Source of the DNA: a virus
Taxonomy: Duplodnaviria > Caudoviricetes
IMG/VR virus record: IMGVR_UViG_3300010047_000009
Location: 1 to 32,753 of that record
Reading direction: 5' to 3' (one strand)
DNA length: 32,753 nucleotides
Part shown: positions 25,292 through 32,753 of the stretch, in pieces
Numbering within the stretch: position 1 is the stretch's first letter
Layout of the letters: each line of letters opens with the position of its first letter
Notes under the pieces: model-generated
The model's database searches: none
Seen by the model: only the letters and a program-made list of their open reading frames with translations
What the model was told of the DNA's origin: nothing
Translations under genes and position numbers: made by a program

Positions 25292-25303
25292 CAGGAGGAC
25301 GCC

Positions 25304-26626
25304 ATGCCCGGCAGTACCTATAACTACGCCGACCCGGGGCTCAGTACCTCAACCACCCTCGTCAACGACCTTGCACCGCTCTGGCTGCAGGATGAGCTCC
25401 TCGCCATCGCGCAGAAGCTCACCGTCTTTGCCGACATCGGTGACCAGCCGAACATGCCGGACGGTGAGGGCAAGACGTACTCGGCGCAGCGCTACGAGCG
25501 GCTGCCGCTGCCGGGTGCGCCGCTCACCGAGGGGATCACGCCGGACTCAACGGCGCTCGTCGTCAACAAGGTGACGGCCGTGCTTGAGCAATGGGGCATG
25601 GTCGTCTCGCTCACCGACGTCGCGCTGATGACGACCAAGCATCCGGCGCTCACGGCGGCGACCGATCGGCTCGGCAACGCCTCAGCCGAGCTGCAGGACC
25701 GCGAGATCCAGAAAGTGTTGATGGGCGGCGGCGTCGTCGTTTTCCCCGGTGGCAAGACGTCGCGCACGACGCTGGCCGCCGGTGACGTGCCGACGACGGA
25801 TTTCGTCTCGGGCATCGTCGCGACGCTCCGCCAGCTCGGCGCCCCGAGCTTTCCGGGCGCGATGTATGCGGGCGTGCTCGACCCCTACACCGAGCAAGAC
25901 CTCGCGAAAGACTCGACCTTCGTCTCGTCGCACCAGTACGCCGAGACCACGGCGCTGATGAATGCCGAGGTTGGGCGGTGGCGTGGCGTGCGCTGGAAGC
26001 GCTCGAATCTGCTCCCGATTATGTCTATTCTCCCGACCGGCGCTGGCGGTGTCTCGGCCGCCGCGCTCACGACACTGCCGACCGGGGACACCGGGTTCAC
26101 CGCCGGCTCAACAGTGAAGATCACGGCAGCGCTCGCCGATCCGATTACCGGCCTCGATAGCCGCCAGATCGCGAGCGCGAACGTGACCAATGCGGCCGCC
26201 TTCGATGTCCAGTTCACGATTTCCGCGACCGCGCCTGAGGGCCGCTATAACCTCTACGTGTCGACTGAGGGCGGCACCATTCCGCTCTATCAGGGCATCG
26301 TGTCGAAGCCCGTCGGCGCGCAGCTCCTAGCGAACGTGGCCAAGGTGAGCGGCGGCGTCTCGATTGGCTTCTCGTCGACTGGGGCGCCCGCCGGGGCCGA
26401 TCCGCCGGCAACCGGCAACGTGCACGTCGGCTACATCTTCGGCAAGAGCGCGTTCGCGGTGCCGGCCCTCGGCTCGCGCGTGACGACGACGTTGACGCCC
26501 GCTGCGGCAACCGATTCCGACCCCTTGAAGCAGCGCCGCAAAGCTGGCTTCAAGTTCATGACGAAAACCTGCATTCTGAACACGGATTTCTTCCGGCGTT
26601 TCGAGTGCTCGAGTGCGTTCGGGTGA
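25304..26626 (+). CDS. major capsid protein (N4 gp56-like)
   Basis: MPDGEGKT...RYERL, PLTEGITP, LEQWG..SLTD, EVGRWRGVRW and DPLKQR..GFK motifs; AGGAGG RBS. Confidence 0.88.
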   Translation: MPGSTYNYADPGLSTSTTLVNDLAPLWLQDELLAIAQKLTVFADIGDQPNMPDGEGKTYSAQRYERLPLPGAPLTEGITPDSTALVVNKVTAVLEQWGMVVSLTDVALMTTKHPALTAATDRLGNASAELQDREIQKVLMGGGVVVFPGGKTSRTTLAAGDVPTTDFVSGIVATLRQLGAPSFPGAMYAGVLDPYTEQDLAKDSTFVSSHQYAETTALMNAEVGRWRGVRWKRSNLLPIMSILPTGAGGVSAAALTTLPTGDTGFTAGSTVKITAALADPITGLDSRQIASANVTNAAAFDVQFTISATAPEGRYNLYVSTEGGTIPLYQGIVSKPVGAQLLANVAKVSGGVSIGFSSTGAPAGADPPATGNVHVGYIFGKSAFAVPALGSRVTTTLTPAAATDSDPLKQRRKAGFKFMTKTCILNTDFFRRFECSSAFG

Positions 26627-26631
26627 TCCTG

Positions 26632-27129
26632 ATGGCGCGCCCGCCCCTGCAGCGCAGCGCAGCCCCGGAGCCCTCCGACGAGCTCCCCGAGCCCGAGGCC
26701 CCGCTCGAGCCCGAGGAGCTCGCCGTCGCAGCGATTGAGGGTCGCGTTGGCTTGACACCCGAGGTCGTCCGCGCCCTGAACGAGACGTATCGCGAGTTTG
26801 TGCAGTACGACGACAACGCGAGTCGCGAGCGCTGCCGAAAGATTGCCGGGATTCTCCGTCGGGCGAAGCATACGGAGCTCCATCCCGGATGCGAGCGCGT
26901 CACGATGGACGTCCCCATGCTCGCCAACAAGACGTTCGCGCGGATCAATGAGCGCGTCTACTTCGGGCGGGTCGAGGTCTGGGACTGCGAGGCGCGCACC
27001 TTGGCGAGCCTCGTCTATGAGGCTCGCAAGGTCGAGGCGCAGCGCATGGACGACCGGCAGAGCGAGCATCCGACGCTCGACTTGGACTCGCCGTTCGCTG
27101 AGCGGGCCCGGGCGATTCAACGGGCATGA
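26632..27129 (+). CDS. hypothetical virion-module protein
   Basis: In operon after the capsid gene; ARINERVYFG. Confidence 0.65.
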   Translation: MARPPLQRSAAPEPSDELPEPEAPLEPEELAVAAIEGRVGLTPEVVRALNETYREFVQYDDNASRERCRKIAGILRRAKHTELHPGCERVTMDVPMLANKTFARINERVYFGRVEVWDCEARTLASLVYEARKVEAQRMDDRQSEHPTLDLDSPFAERARAIQRA

Positions 27130-27473
27130 TGGCGAAGGGCCCCGCCACCCGCGGCACGCCGCCGTTCTCCGGGCAACTCGTCAAGGTGACGGGCGAGGGC
27201 GAGCATGTCACGATTGCGTTCACGGCGCGCAACGCCGCCGAGCTCGAGACGGCGCTCGCCGCCGCGGGGAACGCCGCGGTGAATCGCCTGCATCAGAACA
27301 ACGCCGCTGTCCTCGCCGCCGGCGAGCACTTCGAGCAACGCCAGCGCCAAGTGTACCACCACGCGGTCGGGCAGCTTCGCCAAGAGCTTGGCCTGCCCGA
27401 CCCGCCCGCGGAGAAGGACGCGACTCGTGCCGACAATCCCGCCGGGGCGGTACACGCGGCAGAAAATCCGTGA
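27126..27473 (+). CDS. hypothetical protein
   Basis: ATGA coupling in the late operon. Confidence 0.6.
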   Translation: MMAKGPATRGTPPFSGQLVKVTGEGEHVTIAFTARNAAELETALAAAGNAAVNRLHQNNAAVLAAGEHFEQRQRQVYHHAVGQLRQELGLPDPPAEKDATRADNPAGAVHAAENP

Positions 27474-28119
27474 CCTCGCGCTAAACCGCGCGGGCAACCG
27501 CGCGCTCGACGCCGATGCCGCTGACTTTCTCGCGCAGCACCTCTTCGAGCTCTACACGCTCGCCGACTGGCCGTTCCTCTACGTCTCGGCCGCGCTCACG
27601 CTTTCCGGCCCTACGGTCACTTTGCCCGCCGATTTCGTCACCGCAACCGACGATCACGCGTTCCAGATCATCGCGATTGACGGCAGCCCGCAGGCAAACC
27701 TGTTCGCAATCGAGCTGTCGCCTGAGGAGCTTGCCACGATCGCCCCGCCAGCGGGCGCGAGTGCCGGCGGCGTACCGCTCTATTGGGCGGTGTCACGGAG
27801 CGATACGACGGCGCGCGTCGCCCCCGACCCGACGGGCCGGCGGATTGACGTCGTGCTGCGCTACAAGCGGCTGCCGCCCGAGCCCATCCCAGCCGACGAG
27901 CCCGCCGATATTCCGGTGTTCCCCTATCACAACTACCTCGTGCAGGCCGTCTATGTGTTCGCGCTTGAGCACGAGCGTGACGCTCGCGCACAAGCCGAGG
28001 CCGCGAGTCGTGACAATCTCTTGGCGCTCATCCGCCGTGGCGCGGCACCGCTGCGCTCGCAACGCGCCGACATTCCACTTGACCCGGCCGTGTTTCGCCG
28101 GCCGTACCGAGGCGACTAG
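27427..28119 (+). CDS. head-tail adaptor / tail tubular protein A-like
   Basis: DWPFL, GVPLYW..., VAPDP..IDVVLRY and PVFPYHNYLV motifs; position; GTG start with GAAGGA RBS. Confidence 0.65.
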   Translation: MPTIPPGRYTRQKIRDLALNRAGNRALDADAADFLAQHLFELYTLADWPFLYVSAALTLSGPTVTLPADFVTATDDHAFQIIAIDGSPQANLFAIELSPEELATIAPPAGASAGGVPLYWAVSRSDTTARVAPDPTGRRIDVVLRYKRLPPEPIPADEPADIPVFPYHNYLVQAVYVFALEHERDARAQAEAASRDNLLALIRRGAAPLRSQRADIPLDPAVFRRPYRGD

Positions 28120-30144
28120 ATGCCGGGCGCCCCTGACCGCGAGACGCCGCTTCCCGTTCGGCGCTTTCAAGGGACCATGCTCGCGATGGACCCCGCGTTC
28201 ACGCCGCCGGGCTTTCTCACGCGCTCGGAGAATTGGGTGCCCGATCTCACCTATGTCCTGAGCAAGCGCCGCGGGAGTCTCTCCTGGCTGCGGCTCCCGC
28301 AACCGGGCCGCTGTGATCCGCTCGTCTACTGCACGGCGACCGATGGCCACCGCTATCTCTACGCGGTGGCTGCAGATCAACTCTACGTGTCGAAGGACGA
28401 TAGCCCGTTTAGTGTCGTCTCAAACGGGGTCTTTCCGTTGACCCGTGACGCACGCGCCGCGGGCACCGATAACCGCTACGGGGCCGCGGTCGTCGCCGAT
28501 AGGCTCTACGTCGGCAGTGACGTCGACCCGATCAAACAGGTACCGCTCGGGGGCACTGCCACCGATTTGGTGCCGCTCGCGACTCTTGATGATACCGGGC
28601 AGGCAACGACGCTCACCGCCGACGATGCGACGCGCGTGCTCGCCGGGACGTACAGTTATCGGTGGGGCCTCTACGACCATGCGGCGAGCGTTTGGACGAA
28701 GATCGGACCCGTGCGCACGGTGACAACGGGTGGCACCGGCCGGCAGCGGATCGCCTTCACGGCCCCGAGCGCGGCACTGTCGGGCAGTCTGCTCTATCAC
28801 CTGTTCTTGGCAGGGGTCGACCAGGAGATTGAAGGCGCACACGACCAGACGCCCGCCGGGCTCTCCGCCGGGGGGCAATTCGCCTTGTGGGATGACCCGG
28901 CCGTCGAGTCGGTCGGCGTGCCGACCCCGTCCACCGTGGTCCGGCGCGGCTCGCATCTAATCGCGCATCGAGGCCGGTTGTGGGGTGCCGGCGGCCTCGA
29001 CGCCGCGTGTCGGCGGGCATGGGCGACGAGCGTGCTCGTTCCCGGCCTCGAACAGACCCTCTATGAGCAAGGGCTCTTTTTCCCCGCCGCGGCGGTGAGC
29101 CCCGATCTCGGCGCGCCGGTGACCGGCTTTGCGGTGGCGAGCTTGAGCTCGACCAACCGCAGCCCGACCTCCCCACTCGGCATCTTCACCGCCACGAGTA
29201 CCTGGCTCTATTTCGGCGACCCGCTGGACGACCCGCAGAGTGAGCTCGTGCAGGTCTCGGGCGAGATTGGCTGCCCGGGGGATCGGACCATCGTGGCGAC
29301 CCCGGTCGGCGTCCTCTTCTGCGGCAAGCGCAGTGTCTATCTCTTGACCCCGCAACAAGCCGAGCCACGCGATGTCGGCTGGCCAATCGAGCCAGCGGTG
29401 CGGGCACAACCCGTGCCGTTCCGCACGCGCGCGTGGGCCATCTTTCACCGCGGGTTTTATAAGCTCGCACTCGTGCCCACTGGCGGAAGTGACCCGAGTG
29501 AGGAATGGTGGCTTGACCTCCGCCACGGCTTGACCGATCCCCCGCAATGGTGGGGACCGCATACGACGCCGGCGTACACGGCGGCCGCACGCGCGACCGA
29601 CCATCCGGACGAGGAAGATCGGGCCTGGGCCGCGCAGGACGGCTCGAGCACGTTTTTCGTGCTGCTCGACCAGGCCGACGAATACATGGATCCGATCGGA
29701 CCGCGCACGGGCGGCCAATGGAACCTCGCGCAATGGAATACGAGCCAGTGGGCCACCGAAGTCTCCGCGACGATTGTCTCACGGCTGCGCACCGCACTCC
29801 TCGATGCGCAGCAACCGTTGACGCCGAAACTCGCCAAGCGGGCCCGCATCATCGCGCAGACGATTGATACGACCTCCCTCGGCATCGTCGTGCATTCGGA
29901 CTATGGCTATGCCGCGTCGGGGACGCTCGTCTTCCCCACCCCGCCGGGGGACGCGTGGGATATGAGCGATTGGAACGTGAGCGACTTTGCCATGCGTTGG
30001 ACCGTGTTGAGCGAGTTTGAATGCCCCGTCCCGGAGCCCCGCGGCCGGGCCTTCACGGCGACGTTGACACACGTCGATGCGCTCGCCTGCGATCTCCGAG
30101 ACTTTGAGTTACGCGTCCAGCCCTCGGCGCGGGAGACGCGATAA
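28120..30144 (+). CDS. tail nozzle / stabilisation protein (P22 gp10- or T7 gp12-like position)
   Basis: 674 aa, beta-rich; LSKRRGS, HRGRLW and IGCPGDRTIV..GVLF motifs. Confidence 0.7.
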   Translation: MPGAPDRETPLPVRRFQGTMLAMDPAFTPPGFLTRSENWVPDLTYVLSKRRGSLSWLRLPQPGRCDPLVYCTATDGHRYLYAVAADQLYVSKDDSPFSVVSNGVFPLTRDARAAGTDNRYGAAVVADRLYVGSDVDPIKQVPLGGTATDLVPLATLDDTGQATTLTADDATRVLAGTYSYRWGLYDHAASVWTKIGPVRTVTTGGTGRQRIAFTAPSAALSGSLLYHLFLAGVDQEIEGAHDQTPAGLSAGGQFALWDDPAVESVGVPTPSTVVRRGSHLIAHRGRLWGAGGLDAACRRAWATSVLVPGLEQTLYEQGLFFPAAAVSPDLGAPVTGFAVASLSSTNRSPTSPLGIFTATSTWLYFGDPLDDPQSELVQVSGEIGCPGDRTIVATPVGVLFCGKRSVYLLTPQQAEPRDVGWPIEPAVRAQPVPFRTRAWAIFHRGFYKLALVPTGGSDPSEEWWLDLRHGLTDPPQWWGPHTTPAYTAAARATDHPDEEDRAWAAQDGSSTFFVLLDQADEYMDPIGPRTGGQWNLAQWNTSQWATEVSATIVSRLRTALLDAQQPLTPKLAKRARIIAQTIDTTSLGIVVHSDYGYAASGTLVFPTPPGDAWDMSDWNVSDFAMRWTVLSEFECPVPEPRGRAFTATLTHVDALACDLRDFELRVQPSARETR

Positions 30145-31101
30145 ATGGCGAAGATTCCCCGCCCGCCGAAACAGGGCAATACGACGAGCTACGTCGCCAA
30201 GGTTGCGGCGGGCTATACGAAGATCCTGGCCGGCGAGGTCGATGCCGATTTCGATACGATTTACAACGCCTGGAATACCGGCACCGATACCGCGAACCTG
30301 AAAGACGGATCGGTCACGAGCGCAAAACTCGCCGCCGACGCGGTCGGCCCGCGCGAGCTCGCCGACGGTGCGGTCTTCACGGATCACCTCCAAGACGGCG
30401 CGGTGACGACCGCGAAGCTCCACGACGGTGCCGTGACAGACGCCAAAGTGAGCAACGTGGCGTGGGGGAAGGTGACAGGCGCGCCGACAACCTATCCCCC
30501 GTCGGGACCGGCGGGCGGGAGTTTAGCGGGGAGTTATCCCAATCCCGGGATTGCGGCGGGCGCCATCACGGCGGCGGCGCTGGCAGCGGATACCATCACG
30601 GCCGCGCAAATTGCCCCGAATGCCATCGGCATCTCGGAGCTCGCCGATGGTGCCGTCGGCACGTCGGAGCTCGTCGACCAGGCGGTGACACGCGCAAAGC
30701 TCGGCCCGAACGCCCCGTGCGGCACTCCCGTCTCCGTCTCCGTCCCGACCGGCGCGACGATTCCCGCCAATACGGCCTGGACAACGCTCGCCTCGCTCTC
30801 GATCACCACGCGGGGCGGCTCGGTCTTCCTCTTCGCCTCGGGCAACATCTCGGCGACCTGCTCGGGCGCGGGAGCCAACGTGGGCGTCCGCTTCCTCCGC
30901 GACGGCACGACCGGGATCATCGCGGCGGCGCATCTCATCAGCGGCGCCGCCTACACGGCGGTCCCCACCCTCGCCTACGTCGACTCGGCCGTCGCGGCTG
31001 GCGCGCACACCTATGCGCTGCAGTGGACTGCCGAGGCGACCATCACCGCACAGACCTCGAACGCGGGCGGGGGCGGGTTCATCGCCATGGAGATCGGATA
31101 G
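30145..31101 (+). CDS. tail fibre protein
   Basis: Repeated DGAVTTAKL-type 10-mers and [11 protein letters not shown]; N-terminus paralogous to the next gene. Confidence 0.75.
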   Translation: MAKIPRPPKQGNTTSYVAKVAAGYTKILAGEVDADFDTIYNAWNTGTDTANLKDGSVTSAKLAADAVGPRELADGAVFTDHLQDGAVTTAKLHDGAVTDAKVSNVAWGKVTGAPTTYPPSGPAGGSLAGSYPNPGIAAGAITAAALAADTITAAQIAPNAIGISELADGAVGTSELVDQAVTRAKLGPNAPCGTPVSVSVPTGATIPANTAWTTLASLSITTRGGSVFLFASGNISATCSGAGANVGVRFLRDGTTGIIAAAHLISGAAYTAVPTLAYVDSAVAAGAHTYALQWTAEATITAQTSNAGGGGFIAMEIG

Positions 31102-31851
31102 ATGGCGCTCACACGGCCACTCAAAGAAGGGAGCGTCACCACGTATCAGCAAAAGGTGGCGCTCGGGTTCAAGGACATTCTCGCCAGCGAGGCGGATGCC
31201 GACCACGACACCATGTATGCGGCATGGAATGGCGCACTCGGCGGGGATCTGACGGGCACGCTGCCCAATCCGACTCTCGTGGCGGGAGCGGTGACGACGG
31301 CGAAGCTCGCGGACGCCCCGAACGGCGTCACGACGGCGAAGTTGAATGATCTCGCGGTCACGACGGCGAAGTTGAACGATCTCGCGGTCACGACGGCGAA
31401 GTTGAATGCTGCGGCTGTTACACTCGCCAAGCTGGCCGTCGGCGCGACGGTGCGCCAGATCGTGACGGCCAACCTGCCGACCAATTACACACTGACGGGC
31501 GGTGCCGCGTGGACGGATGTCATAACGCAGGCGATCACGACGAGTGGGGGTACGGTGGTGATCCTCGTCTCTGGCGGGTGGTGGGTCCTCGCCCCGGCGA
31601 ATACCGATACGTATGTCTTGACGGGGTTGGCACTCGATCAAGTGACGCCCAATATCGTCGCCGGCGAGCGCCATTGCGTGACGCCCGGGACCGGCAACCT
31701 CGTCATGCCGCTGCCCGCGCTCATGGCCGTCAATACGCCGATCGCAGGTGCGCATACCTATCACGTCGTCGGCTACTGCCCGATTGCGGGCGTCTCGCTC
31801 AAGACCGCCGCGACATGGTCCGGCGCGTTGTGGCTGGTCGAGTTGGCATGA
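31102..31851 (+). CDS. tail fibre protein
   Basis: VTTAKLNDLA repeats, GGDLTGTLPNP. Confidence 0.75.
   Translation: MALTRPLKEGSVTTYQQKVALGFKDILASEADADHDTMYAAWNGALGGDLTGTLPNPTLVAGAVTTAKLADAPNGVTTAKLNDLAVTTAKLNDLAVTTAKLNAAAVTLAKLAVGATVRQIVTANLPTNYTLTGGAAWTDVITQAITTSGGTVVILVSGGWWVLAPANTDTYVLTGLALDQVTPNIVAGERHCVTPGTGNLVMPLPALMAVNTPIAGAHTYHVVGYCPIAGVSLKTAATWSGALWLVELA
31291..31430 (+). repeat. 30-bp coding tandem repeat
   Basis: GTCACGACGGCGAAGTTGAA(T/C)GATCTCGCG, about 3 near-exact copies plus degenerate ones. Confidence 0.85.
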
Positions 31852-32054
31852 TGTCGCAAGTGATCGAGGCCAAGATCCACCAGCATCGCGCGGAGCTCAC
31901 GCGGCAACGCGGCCGCTTGGCCGAGCTCCGCCGCGGCGTCGCCGAGGCGCGGGCGATGTGCGCCCGGCTCGAGGGGGCCGTGCTCGCGCTCGAGGAACTC
32001 AGTGCCGCCCCCGCTACCGACACGGATGGCGTCGGTGAGGACGGAGCGTCATGA
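31848..32054 (+). CDS. small coiled-coil protein (possible fibre chaperone)
   Basis: ARLEGAVLALEEL; follows the fibre genes with ATGA coupling. Confidence 0.6.
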   Translation: MMSQVIEAKIHQHRAELTRQRGRLAELRRGVAEARAMCARLEGAVLALEELSAAPATDTDGVGEDGAS

Positions 32055-32671
32055 CGGTGCGCCCCGCCGTCTTTGCCGACGTGCCCGGCCTCCGCCGGCT
32101 CTATGCGGCGCTCCAGGCCGAGCTCGCGGCGGCGTACCCCGTGCCCTATCCCGGGCACGCGTCTGAGGATCTTGACAGCTTTACCCTCTTGGCCGCCCGC
32201 CGCCTCGAGCAGGATCCGACGTTGCTTTTCTACGTCGCCATGGATGACGACACGGGCGACCTCCTCGGTTTTCTCGGGGGCGAGATCTCGGAACGCGCAA
32301 TCGGCGAGCCGCGTGTCTTTGGGGCCGCGCATTGGCTCTACATCGTGCCCGATGCGCGGGGCCGCGGTCTCGCCCGCGCGCTGGCCGCCCGCGGGGTCGC
32401 CGACTTGGAGGCGCTCGGCGTGACGCACGTCGAGATCGGTGCCATTGCCGGCGATACGCAATGGGCAACCCGCGGCTGGCTCCCCTATCTCGTCCACCAC
32501 GTGTTACCGCTTGCGGCCGTTCGGGCCGGTGTCGCCGAGCGCCCCGCCGTCGCTCAACCCACCTCGGCGGCCCCGACGGCACCGGCCCCAGTCGAACCGC
32601 CACCGCCAAAGCGCCGGCGGCGGCGGCGCACAGTGCCGCGGCCGAAGCTCGTGGCCGGGGGCCGCGCATGA
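32051..32671 (+). CDS. GNAT-family acetyltransferase
   Basis: VRPA..DVP and LYIVPDARGRGLARAL (acetyl-CoA binding motif A). Confidence 0.85.
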   Translation: MTVRPAVFADVPGLRRLYAALQAELAAAYPVPYPGHASEDLDSFTLLAARRLEQDPTLLFYVAMDDDTGDLLGFLGGEISERAIGEPRVFGAAHWLYIVPDARGRGLARALAARGVADLEALGVTHVEIGAIAGDTQWATRGWLPYLVHHVLPLAAVRAGVAERPAVAQPTSAAPTAPAPVEPPPPKRRRRRRTVPRPKLVAGGRA

Positions 32672-32753
32672 GCCTCGTGGTGCGTACCGCGGAGTCGGGC
32701 GACCGCCACGGGCTCGAGCTCCTCTTGGCCGCCCTCATGCGGGAGCATCAACG
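32668..32753 (+). CDS. probable second GNAT protein, truncated by the window end
   Basis: MSLVVRTAESGDRHGLELLLAAL resembles the GNAT N-terminus; ATGA coupling. Confidence 0.5.
   Translation, partial: MSLVVRTAESGDRHGLELLLAALMREHQ

Noticed and set aside
30145-31851. Diversity-generating retroelement or shufflon acting on the fibre tips
   Set aside because: No reverse transcriptase, no template/variable repeat pair and no invertase in the window.

Overview
The window is most of the genome of a high-GC temperate, podovirus-like tailed phage. It is in the non-integrated configuration: an intact attP has phage genes on both sides. Left to right: (1) the 3' end of a probable virion gene; (2) a long leftward block of excisionase-like HTH, XRE HTH, arm-binding-like protein, tyrosine integrase, attP (3' half of tRNA-Lys-CTT), replication initiator with iterons, loader-like protein, internally deleted DNA methyltransferase, RuvC-like resolvase and small genes; (3) a control region of small HTH/RHH genes; (4) an annealing protein and exonuclease pair; (5) a leftward terS plus terminase ATPase unit; (6) a CTAG-rich non-coding region; (7) a rightward late region with fibre proteins, holin and GH19 endolysin, terminase nuclease, portal, signal-peptide proteins, scaffold, N4-gp56-like capsid, tail proteins and tandem GNAT genes. 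The most striking feature is a large terminase split into an ATPase gene and a nuclease gene on opposite strands about 6.5 kb apart. An exact 12-bp inverted repeat would rejoin the halves in frame across one amber codon. Also notable: attP separates the replication genes from their upstream operon, and a 4-copy late-promoter motif is present. Protein calls come from motif recognition by eye; no database search was run.
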